From positions 310,001 to 374,000 of the forward strand of contig CBFFRQ010000065.1 in NCBI GenBank assembly GCA_965644315.1: 64,000 nucleotides of DNA, in the 5' to 3' direction. The translations under genes and the position numbers were made by a program. Below the pieces are notes generated by a model that was not told the origin of the DNA, did not search any database, and saw only the letters and a program-made list of their open reading frames with translations. Positions 49,363 to 61,000 of this stretch are shown here, one piece after another; positions within the stretch are counted from its first letter, which is position 1, and the number at the start of each line of letters is the position of its first letter. This stretch comes from Caecitellus pseudoparvulus. Taxonomy: Eukaryota > Protista > Bigyra: Bicosoecida.

Positions 49363-49534
49363 GATGCTGAGGGGACAGGCTGGCAGGGGGACGCGGCAGG
49401 TTGGAGGGGGTGAGATCGGCACCTCGGTAAATTGCTGCAAGGAGTTAAATTGCCGTGGTGTACAGAGTGTTCAGCTCTTGCTCGTGGTCCGATCGCCAGC
49501 ACAGGCACTCTGCAGCAGACGCCAGCGCCTCAGC

Positions 49535-50020
49535 ATGGCAAGCGGCACGGGCGCCTTCGGAGGCATCCACCCTTGGTGAGCGGCGTCGAGCACTGCCTTG
49601 GCGTTGCCACTGCATCTGTGCGCACAATTGGAGCGCCCTGATCCCCCCTCGCAGCCGCAAGTTCTACGTTGGGTTCGCAGAGTGCATCGTGAGTGTTTGG
49701 AGGAAGCCAATTCCGCACGGCCGCCTCCCACACGCCTTCATGCCGTCTTCCCCCGTGCACAGGGCTCTGCCAAGCTGCCCCAACTGTGCCAGCTGCACCG
49801 TGAAGACTACTTGGAGTGCATGCATGGCAACAAGAAGGTGAGGTGGTTGCCTTGCCCACTGGGGTGCTGTCCTGTGCCTCGCACCGTGCACGCTGGCTCC
49901 CGCCCCCTGCAGAGAATACAAATGATGCACCTGTACGAGAACAAGGTGAACCAGGTGAAGGCAGCGAAGGCAGGCAGCTCTGGTGTGAAGGCCCCCCCTG
50001 CAGGTGGCGGGGGCCACTGA
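49535..50020 (+). CDS. NDUFS5: NADH:ubiquinone oxidoreductase 15-kDa subunit (NDUFS5-like, twin CX9C); 4 exons
   Basis: Spliced: MASGTGAFGGIHPCRKFYVGFAECIGSAKLPQLCQLHREDYLECMHGNKKRIQMMHLYENK...; CX9C..CX9C with the EDYLEC-H signature. Confidence 0.85.
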
Positions 50021-50033
50021 ATGCATTGCAGCC

Positions 50034-51396
50034 TCACTTGCGTCGGGAGCGGCTGCCGCTCTTGCTGCTCAGCATGCTGTCCAGTGCATCGCCACCGCCA
50101 AGGCGAGAGGCCGCCGCCGCCACAGCGCTCTGCCGTGGCTTCCACTGCTCCAGCTGCACCAGGATGTCAGCAAACTCCGGCCTGGCAGCGCTGTCCTGCG
50201 CCCAGCACGCCTGCATCAGCTCAATGAGCTCGCCCACTGGCTCGGCGTCCAGACCGAAGACAGTGGTGTCAGGGCGCCCACCCTTGGTGACGTGGTTCAC
50301 GATGTCCGTCGCCTTCCAGCCGTTGAAAGGTACCCTGCGGCACAGCGTCTCCCACAGCAGGCAGCCAAAGGCGTACACGTCCACCTTCCGGCTGAAGGGT
50401 TGCGCCTGTGGAGTTGAGGGGGGGGTGAAAGGGGGTGCGCACGCCGCCACACGCCGCTGGCCCGGTGCTCGCACCTGCATGAGCTCAGGAGCCAAGTACT
50501 GCGGCGTGCCCGCCGTGCCGTACTTGGTGGTGACGAGGCCAAAGTCGCACAGCTTCACGGCCCACTTGGCGTCAATGAGCAGGTTGTGCGACTTCAGATC
50601 GCGGTGCACGATGGGCGGCGACCGCGAGTGCAGAAAGGCCATGCCCCGGGCCACATCCGTCTGCAAGGGTTAAGGGGGGGCGTGCCCGGGGACGGGCCCG
50701 GGCTGCGGGCTGGGTGAAACGCACCAGCAGGGGCACCCGCTGCCCGTACGACAGCTTCGTGCTCGTGTTGTGCAGGAGGTTGAACAGTGACCCCCGAGCA
50801 CACAGCTCCATGATGATGAACATCTTAGGTGGCTTGGTGCACGCGCCCAAGAACTCCACAATGTTGGGGTGGCTCAAGCTCCTGCGCAGGCAGGGACGCT
50901 GCAGCTTGCCAGGCGTCTGTCGCGACGGCAGTTGCGCTGAGCTCACCGCATGACGTGCAACTCGTCCATGAACTCAGTCTTCAGGGCATCGTCCACAGAG
51001 GGGTCGAACTGCGCAGAGGTTTGCGTGGTGGGGGGTTCCGTGACCCGTGCCTGTCTGCCCGAGTGCTGTGCTTCGCCTCACGAGTGTCTTCAGCGCCACC
51101 TTGCGACCTTTCCACTGCCCCTCGTACACGATGGCGAAGCCGCCACCACCGAGCTTCTTGCCCAACTTCACGTCTCCAAAGGCCACGTCCTCCCACTCCT
51201 GAGCCTCGGCGTGCCCTCCGGAGCTCTGGGAGGTGAACGTGGGGCCGGAGCCGCCTGATGAAGCGGCGGCCGCTGCAGTCGACGGCGTGGCTTGTGCCGG
51301 CGCCGGCGCAGGGGAAGCGCTGTGAGGCCCTTCATCGTCCGAAACCTCCTCGAAATCATCGTCGTACTCCTCGGACTCGTCCAGCTTGCTCGACAT
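50034..51396 (-). CDS. TKL-group Ser/Thr protein kinase; about 5 exons
   Basis: MSSKLDESEEY.. LGGGGFAIVYEGQWKGRKVALK, HPNIVEFLGAC, IVHRDLKSHNLL, CDFG, GTPQYLAPE, DVYAFG and CWAQDSAARP, joined across short GT-AG introns. Confidence 0.9.
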
Positions 51397-52051
51397 GGTC
51401 GTATCGGCGGTGAAGGCGGCTGCACCCGTTTCAGCTGCGGAATCTGGACAGCAGCAATCCGTCGTCTGGCGCGCTGTGCGGAGCGAAAGTGCCGCGGCTG
51501 TGATAGCAAGTACAGCAGGTACTCTATCAATGCACTTTAGGGATACGTTGGAGCTGCAGGTTTGCCCAAGCGTCCTGGTTTGTGGCGCGGCAGGGCCGCC
51601 CCAACCTCTGGCCCGGTGCCCAGGGCAACGTCCGTTTCGGAGCTGGCACGCGTGCGTGGATACAGACACCCCCCTGCGCACACAGACACGCTCCATACCG
51701 CCAAACATGCCTTCGTGCAAAGCAATTCACACACTAACATCGTCGGGAACCTCTGCGAGCATCGCTGAGGCCCGCCGACCAAGCGCAAGTGCTGCCACAA
51801 CACCGGCACACTGACAGCAGCACTACAAGTCTGCCAGGCGGTGAGGAGAGGTGGCACCGTCGCTGCTTCCGACGTGAACACGTGCACTGACTTGCCCCGG
51901 CTGGTACCCGTAAGTACGCAATGCTTTGCTGGGCCCCAGTCGCTGGTGGGGGGGTTGGCGTGGTGGCGCAGAGAGGGCTGCACATTCCCCCGCTTTCTGC
52001 GCAGGCCCAGCAGCGTGGAGGCGGGAAGAAGCAGAGGAAATCACTTGCAAC

Positions 52052-55000
52052 ATGGCGGGCGAAGCTACTCGTGAAGATCTGCTGAGCGAGGTGGCGGCGG
52101 CCGGCATGGAGGTGATGGATGGCGGGCCAGGCGTGGCCAGTAGCATTGTCCGCCTCGGCAGCTACGTTCGCATTGCCTGCGCGGGGCAGGCAACGCCAGA
52201 AACAGTCAAGCACCTGCTCGAAGACACGCTGCCTGTAACTGTCGGTCACCTCACTACCAAGGAGCTACCGGCGCCAGTTGCAGAGGAGCTGGTGCAGAGC
52301 GTGGCGTCACTGCTGGTGGAAGCTGCCCAACTTGCCACAAGAGTCCTGACCGGCCGACTTGGCAGTGGGTCACTTGAGGATAAGGCGGCCGCGCTGCAGC
52401 TGCTGAACGACGCCATGAACCCGCATAGCTTGTTCTTCAAGCAGCAAGGTTTCTCCCCCGACGACGCAGCAGCGATTGCCAAGGCAAGCTCCGAAGGTGG
52501 AGGGGGCGGTGCCGCTGGTGGTGGCAACTCAACGCAGGAGCTGTGGCGCAAGGAGCTGAACTTCGGGTCAGAAGTGGACTGTGTGTTGCTGTCAAACAGC
52601 GTTCGCTCTTGGGTGCGAGGCACTGTGATCATGAACGACTCAGGGTCGCTGCTGATCCAGATCCCCTCGCACGGCCGGGAAGTGACCATCTCCAGCACAT
52701 CTGCCGACTTGGCGCCTGTGGGGACGCACACGACGGCTGGCTCGTCTAGCACCCCGGCGACGGCAGATGCTTCTGACGTGAACGCGGTGGGCAGGGAAGT
52801 GCTCATGGGGCTCAAGCTCGGAGACCGCTTCGATTTCCGCCACTCTGTCAACGGGTGGCTGAACACCACCGTCGTGGACATTGAGGACATCCAGGGGCAG
52901 AAACGCCTCAAGTTTGGCTACCGTGTGTACCACCGCTTGGGCTCCAAGAAGGACGTGCTGGGGAGCTATGACGGCGACAGCAGCACACACGACCAGATCC
53001 TCATGCAGGACCCCAAGTACGCGCACCTTTGCGCGCCCTTCAACACGGAGAGCGTGAAGGCCAAGTCGTCCTTCGTGCCCATGGGCATCATCGATGACGA
53101 GGGTGATCCCGACTCGGGATTCCACATCCAGGAAACCACTCGAACGCTCGCAAAGTGGGGCTCACCGACCCTGCTTTCGATGCCGCTGCACGTACGGGCA
53201 GGCGGGGCCACCGGTGTCCCCAGCGCTGCGGACATGGGAGCAGCTGATGCGAACTTGCGAGCTGTCGGAATCGCCCTGGGCGCTGTGCCCCTGGAGCCAG
53301 CCCTGCCAGGGGCTGCCGGCGTGGAGCGGCGACTCTCCCTCCAAAGCCAAGCTGTGAAGCTGCTCTGTGCCCGGGCTCTGTCAGTTTGTGATGCTGTGGA
53401 CGCGTCGCCGTCCTCCCGTGTGTATGCCTTGTACCGAGGCCCCTCGCAAGGCACTTCCCCGCTGTACGCTGAGTGCGTCACGGCGTTTGGCCGGTGCGGC
53501 GGCTTTGCTGCACTGCTGGCCGTGCTGCAGGAGGAGCCCGAGACCCTGTGCCCCAAGGCGCTGAAGTGCCTTGTGGAGGTGGTGGGCAACATGTGGGCGG
53601 AGCTCAACGTGCACTTCGGCGCTGCCTGGCTGCCCGCCTTCGCCGTGTGCCTGAGGCCCCACGCCATGCACTTCGACGATAAGCAGGACACCAAGACGCC
53701 AGGTCTCCTGAACGTCATGAAGCACTTGAAGAAGCTGCTGTACCGGCAAGGCCCCGACAGCACCGTCGGCGGCGTTCGTGACGCGTTCCTGCTCAGTGTC
53801 GCAGAGGAGCTGTTTTCCCACACAGTGTTCTCACGGCGCATGGCGGGGCTGCGCATCATCCTGGCAGCGGCAGACTCCCTCCGCTCCGCAGCTGCGAGCG
53901 CGCTGAACAGCACGGCGGGTGCGGCGGCCGTCGCAAGCGCGGGTGCTTCGGGTGGCAACGACGTGCTGCTGTCTGACGGCACCTCTGTCAAACGGTTCGT
54001 CAGGTGGCTCAAGAGCCACGCCATTCTCCCCCGTCTACTGGCCCCCGAGACACCCCTGGCGCTGCTGCAGCGCCTGTCCCAGCTCCTGCAGTTCATGGCC
54101 CACCCGAACGTCAAGGCGCTGGACGACGCTGGACTGAGGAGCCTCGTGGATGCCGCTGTGGACCACGGGCAGGCAGGCAGTGACAACGCTGTCATTGCCC
54201 TGTGCAAGGCCATCGGCGAGGCCAGTGTGCACTTTGACGCGGCGCAGCAGGAGATGGTGATCCAGAGCATTGCCTCCCTGCCCCCCTCCACCCTGGCAAC
54301 CCACCACATCTCCCTCATCTTCAAAGTGGCCCGGAAACGGCGGTGCACCGCTGGCACTGACGCTCTGTGGGCGCTGGCGAGCCAGGCGCTGCAACCCTCT
54401 GCAGGCGCCACAGCCACCACGCGCGTGTCTGCTGAAGTACAGGCAGAGGCAGAGGAGCGCCTCGTGGCCCTCCTCTCCCTCGCTGCGTACGTTGGGGACC
54501 GGGAGCGTTTCTGCGAGCAGTGCCTGACGTCTGTGACGAAGGGGCAGGCAGTGCCCTTCGCACTTCGCATGATGCGCCTCATCGTCATGTCCTTCCCCCC
54601 TCACGACCCGCAGGCCTCAGCACTGGCTGGGGAGCGGGTCATCTACACGACCTCCTCCCGCAGCTCCGTACTCACTGTGCTGAACAACAAGTACGACCTA
54701 CTGCGCTGCCTGCTGCTGGACATGGAGGCCTTCGTGGCGGCAGCCAGGACCCAGGCGGCAGCCGCCACCCCAGATGCCGCCATCGTGTACAACCAAGGTG
54801 CTGGTGCCGGTGAGCAGTTCATCCCCGGCATCATTGACAGGCTGGACTTCTTGCAGTTCACGCTGTACACGGGCGCTGCACTGGCCCTGACGCCAGACCA
54901 GGCGGCCCAGCTGTGGGCGGTGCTCATTTCAGAGGCCCTGAGCGAAGAGCAAGCAGCAGCGGGCTTGCGGTGGTTCACCCATGCTGCTTCTTGTGAGCGC

Positions 55001-58000
55001 AGGTACCGCCTGGCCGTGGAGGTCATGAACGTGTACTGCAAGCTGCACAGCCTCAGCCCGCCACAGTGGGCGACCCTGTCTGAGCGCACTAGCTCTGTGG
55101 TGCTGCCCCTGGAGACGGTGCAAGCCCTGGTGGAGGCGCAGGTCAAGCCGGCCGTGCAAGGAGATGCCGAGGGGGCGGTGCAGCTGCTGCCGCTGTACGA
55201 GTTCTGCGCAGCGGTGTGCGAGCTGCTTCTGCTGCTGAACCACCACCACGGCAGCCTGCGCATCGCTGCAGAGGCCGAGAAACGAGCCATCAATGTGACT
55301 GGCATGGAACGGCACTCAACCCGAAGCTGGGCCATGGCTTTCACACGCAACCTGCACAAACGCACGATCAATGCTCGGGACGTGCCCTTCGAATCTTGGG
55401 CTGGCCCGGACAGCAACGTCCCCGAGCCGACGCCCATGACGCCAGAGGGCACCCTGTGCATCGACGACATCCCCCTGGTCTCGTCAGTGGTGGTTTCGAA
55501 CATGCAGGGCAGCGAGGAGCTGTGGAACTTACTGCTGGGCTCGCCCTCCGTGAAGGTCGCCCGCCACGCTATGAACTTGCTGGTGGGCTTCCACATGTGC
55601 ATGTCCACAGAGCAAGCCGCCCAGCAGCTGCAGTCCCAGGTGACGAGTGGACAGCGCTCGGTACATGCGACAGCTGGCGCCACCGCCCGTCGATCCCTCG
55701 TGGACAGCTGCATCCACCACCTGAAGCATGCAGGCAGCGACCTGCGAACAGGGCTGCGAACCCTGTCCGTGCTGCACTGCTTGCTGGACTGCTCGGAGGA
55801 GGGCGTCACGTTCCCCGACCGCATTGCAGTGGACGCGCTGCGGCAGAAGACGGCGGTGTCCGACATGCAGTCCACGGTGGACCTGCAACCCCACCTGCGG
55901 GCAGAGGCAGGCAAGCGCATCTTGCTGTCCTTCACCTCTGAGCTGCCAAAGGCGCCAGCTCCCCTGAGCAGCGCCGCTGCAGCGGGTGGCGGCGAGGCGG
56001 CTGAGGGCAAAGCGGGAGATGCCAGCTCGTCCACTGCTCCTGCGGGACTGGACAAGACCTTCAAGCTGTCCATCTCCAACACGCGCACTCTGCGGGAACT
56101 GCGAGGGAAGATTGCAGAGTTGGCCGGGCTGCCAACCGGCGGCATCCGCCTCGTGTACAGCGGGGGCTCCACTTACGAAGCGGCTCGACGGGCTGTGGGT
56201 CTGTCCGCTAAGGGCGCAGAGACGCTGCCTCTGTCCAGCACCACTGCAGACGAGGAGGTGTTGTACGCTGCGCCAGCGCCCCGGTCAGGGCGCGACCTGC
56301 CCACCTCGGTGGACTCCCGAACACTCCTGGAGCTGGGGCTGGGTCAAGGCACCAAGCTGAAGGTGTACCCTCGGCGAGAACGCCCTGGTGAAGACGCCTC
56401 AGGTCCCAAGGTCGCCCTGCTGCAGGGCAACCAGCTCTCCCCTCGCATGCGGGAGGTGTCCAAGGTCTTGTTCCGCAAGTTCGCCCGCATGCAGGACCCT
56501 CCGGCGGGGGGGGCGAATGGCTTGTACATGAACATCCACGACTTCGCTCGGTATTGGTCAGTGAGCAGCGGGGACGTCACGACGCCCGATAACCCCGAGC
56601 TCAGTCTGCAGTTCTCCACGTACTTGAACCAGGCCCTCATGCTGTGGGACGAGGCTGCCTGGTCCCGCTGGATCACAGCGTCCTGCCGCATGAAGGAGGC
56701 GGTTGTGTGGTCCAACCTGGCCGTCCACGGGTACGGCAAGGACTTGAAGCATGAGTCCGAGCGTGTGGCTGAGAAAGAGACCTCTGCCGCACGCACGCTC
56801 CTGTGGCCTGGTGCGGAAGATGGGGCAGCAGCTCTTCCTCGCACGCTGCTCTCGTCACAGGCGGCGTACGATGCCATCTTTGACGTCCTCAGCACCGCTG
56901 TGGGCGCAGGTTCTGATGAGGGCTTTGGAGGCCTGGTGGCAGATGCCAGTTGGCGCCTGCTGCAGCGCCTGCCGTCTCACCCCTCCCTGCGCTTCCGCCT
57001 GACTGGCCTGGGGCCAGATCGGTTCCCCGACCTGGCTGCTGCAACCGGGCAAGGGGAGCCTTCCTGGCAAGGGCTGCTGCTGAGCAGTGCTACCACCGCT
57101 CCCAGCGAGGGGGCCACACCCCTGCGTTTGACGTACGCCTTGCAGCTGGTGGAGCCGTACGTGCAGACCAGTGACGAGGGGGATGAGCTCGCTGCAGGAA
57201 GCTTGCGTGCTGGGAAGCAGGCGTGGCGCAAGCAGTTCTTGCTGCAGTCTGGCTTCACCTTTGCGGCAGACGCGTTGCTCGCTGCCGCCCCCACCACGCC
57301 TGTGGGCCGGCAGCTGCAGGTGCAGGGCGAGGGGCCGCGAGCTGTGCGACCTGTGGGCAGCTGCCTCTTCTGTGGCGTGGCCTTGGAGAACCTGCGGCGG
57401 TCCACTTTGACGAAGATCGTGCGATTCTTCCTCCTGGGGGCCATGGCTGCGGGGACGCTGCCTCAACTGCAGGCATCGCCGGGGCAGGCAGCGGAGTCCA
57501 AGGAGGGCGAGGCTTGGCCGGTGCAGCTGGTGCGTCTGCGCAGTGACGTCACGGAGGCCCTTACAGTGGACGCCAGCATGGATGTTGGGGCTGCCGCCGC
57601 TAGCCTGGCCCAGACGCTGCCAGTGTCCAGCAGCGACGGCACGGGCGGCCCGGCCGCCCCCCCGGCAAGCGCCCCAGTGGTTTCACACGACGACGACATT
57701 GAGACGCCAAACCCAATTCCACTCACCCCTGTGGATGCCGCCCCCCTGGTGCTGACCAAGCAGCTGTCCACAGAGGTTGGTGGGGACATGCAAGCACTCG
57801 TGCTGGACAGAGTGCACTTGCCCGCCCTGTCCTCGGCCCTGCGCCACATCATCTGGACTGCCGCAGGCGGGCTGGCGCCTGGAATCGTGAACCTGGCAGA
57901 CTCGGCACAGCTGCTTGAAGCGGCCCTGTCTCTGTGGGTGGGCGTCATCTCCACCTCAGCGGCCCTCGTGGAAGCCTCTGTCTTCGGCGAAGCGGACACC

Positions 58001-61000
58001 GCCGGTGGCCCTGATGGCCCCAGCATGGTGAAGAGCGGCCTGCTGTGCAAGGGTGTGTACGGTCTGGCGGTGCGAAAGGAGTTCGCGCACGCCCTGGGGG
58101 AGATCACCCGGGTGCAGTTCGCTGACGACCCCGCGGGCGCCCTGCGACAGCGTGTGTTCGACACCCTCCTCGCACTCATGCCGGGGGCAGGCACGTCTGC
58201 CGATCCAGAACAAGACACAGGGCACTTTGCCGAGCTGTTCACAGTGTTGACGAAGACCCTGAGCACCATCCTAGCCACAGGCAAGAGCGGAGACTCGGCC
58301 CGCGCCGTGGACATGTTTGACCGGTTTGCAAGCAGTTTGCTGGCCCACCGGTCTGCCGAGTGGGACCCTGTCGTGCTGCAGGGCGCGAGGTCCCGTGGCA
58401 GGGAGGTGCTGGAGCACACGCCGTACCTTGGTGAGTGGGATGCCGCGGCAGCGGGCGGCCCTGACGCGCTAGCCGCCAAGCTGCACACGGCAGGACAGGA
58501 CGATGGTGTGCTGTGTGGCCTGCTGGGGCTGCTGACTTCCCTGGTAAGGGGGAACGCTGCGCTGCAGTCCCGAGCAGTGTCTGCGCACGCTGAAGCGGCC
58601 GCCTGTGTGCCCCAGACTGCAGCCAAGCTGGCTGCCGACGCGGACGGCTCCAACCTCGTGGAGCTGGTGTTCTACGCTTGCCTCCTGGGCGTGCCCGGGC
58701 GGCCCGCTGGCGACTCGCCCCCGCCCAAGGTCAAGTGCCAGCGCTCTGCCAGCCGCCTGGCGGCGTTGGACTTGCTGGCCGCGCTGTGCGAGGGCCACCT
58801 GCAGAACACCGACCGCCTCATGACCGTCTGTCTGCAGCCGTCCTTCGAAGGCATCCCCGAGTCAGCCAAGGGCTTGAGCGGGCACAACCCCTGCACGGAC
58901 ACGCGCGGCAAGAGCGGGTACGTCGGCATCCGGAACTTGGGCGCCATCTGCTACATGCTGTCGGTCGTGCAGCAGCTGTTCGGCATGCCGCGCGTGCGGC
59001 AGGCCTTCCTGGACATGCCAGTGTCCAAGCCTGGCGAGGAGGCCGACCCCCTCATGGAGCGGCTGTCCTGGGTGTTCAACACGCTGCACCTGTCCGACAA
59101 GGCGTACGTGGACATCAAGTCCATGGTGTCCACGTACACGGACCGCAGCGGCGAGGCGGTGGACCCCTCCCAGCAGCAGGACGCCATTGACTTCTTCGAC
59201 GTGCTGACAGACCACATCGAGCAGCGCCTGGGCGCTGACAGCGACCTGGCCAGCACCATCAAGGACGAGACGCAGCTGCGGCAGCTGTACGACATGGTGG
59301 GCGAGGTGCCTGCAGCAGCTCTGCCACCCGACGTCGTGGAGGGACTGCCGGCGGGGCGGGACGGAAAGGTCATCGTCCGCCGCCGCCGCCGCGCAGACCC
59401 GCCCGCCTTGTGCACAGGGTGCGACGTGAAGAACCTGAACAGCCTCAAAGACAGCCTGAACAAGGCGTGCGAGTGGAGCGACGTGGACTACCGGTGGGAC
59501 GAGGAGGCGGGGGACGTGGAGGTGCCGGAGGATGCCAAGATCACCACACGGCAGCGCCTGGTGCTGGACGGCAGCCTGCCGCCCACCCTCATCCTGCAGG
59601 CCCGCAGGTTCCAGTTCGACTTCGAGACCATGCAGCCAGACAAGTTGAACACGCGCTTTGAGTTCCCGCGGAACCTGGACATGCGCCCCTTCACGGTGCA
59701 CGCGCTGGAGTACGACGGCACAGCGGAGGGCGAAGCGCCCCCTGCCTGGCACTTCCACTACGAAGTGTCAGGGGTTGTGGTGCACCGCGGCACAGCGACA
59801 CACGGGCACTACTTCTCCTTCGTGCGTGACCGCCGGCGTGAGTACCGGGAGGAGCGGGGCCGCATTGTGCCGGTGTCCTTTGATGGGGAGGCGGAGGTGC
59901 ACGTTCGGCGGGTGCCGCCCAGCGAACAGTGCTGGTACCGCGCAGACGACACGAACGTCGTGGAGGTGACCATGAGCGACACGTTCCTGGAAGCGGAGTG
60001 CTTCGGCGGTCGCAAGGAGGAGGTGCAAACCACTGACCTGGGCGCCGCCTTCACGCGGGATGTAGACAACATGTCCAACGCGTACCTGCTCTTCTACTCT
60101 CGGGTGCAGCCTGAAGAGGAGGGCGGCTGTGATGTGGAGCCTCTGGTGGCGGCCTCCCCCACAGCCCAGCTGGCACGCGCTGCCAACCACTCCTTCGCTG
60201 TGGAGCGAGCGGTGTTCTCGCCTGAGCTGCTCTCCTTCGCTGGCTCCCAGATGGTGCGGGGGCTGGGCGAGTTCGGCGACGCCGTTCCAGAGCACTGGTT
60301 CCGCCTCGCATTCACCTGGGCCTTCGGTGTCCTGGCACCCTCAGCCTCGAACGGCCCCCTGGAGGCCAGTGTCGTGCCGACCTTGGTCAGCTGGCTGGAG
60401 AGCAGCTCTCCCGCCCTCGCCGCATCTGGTGCCAAGTGGGTGCTGGACCAGGTGGCACACCAGCCTGAGATGCACCTGGGGCAACTGCTGCGCTCTCTGG
60501 ACGGCTCAGTGCGCAACAGTTGCATGGCGGTCCTTTGCACCGCTGTGCAAGTGTACGTCGCCAGCGACTTGGCCGCCGGAGATGCTGCCAGCATCGAGGC
60601 GGAGGCGGCGGCTCTGACCGCCCTGCGGCAGGGGGGCGGCCTGGAGGCAGCCAAGGCAGCCCTGGGCCCCGACTGGCGCCCCTGTACCTTCTCTCGCTTT
60701 CTCTCGGCGGTGCTGTCCATGATCCCCTCTGCGGGGCAGGACTGGAGTCGGTTCGAGCAGTTCTTCGGCGTCCTGCGCTGTGCTGCTCTGAAGACGCCAG
60801 TGGCCTTCGGGCGCACGCTGCTGGCAGCGCGTGGCGCTGTGGCTCTGCTCCTGCACTTCTACATGGCCCAGGGCAGCCCCGTGCTGCTGCAGCACTCAGA
60901 GGCTGACTTGCAAACCTTCCTCGCGACGCCGCCCGCCCCAGACGGCGACGTGGTGGTGCACTGGGACATCGCAAGCGGCAACGTCCTGCTGCCCCTCATG

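Noticed and set aside
51926-52051. Upstream extension of the USP ORF
   Set aside because: It begins at TTG. The first ATG in good context is 52052.
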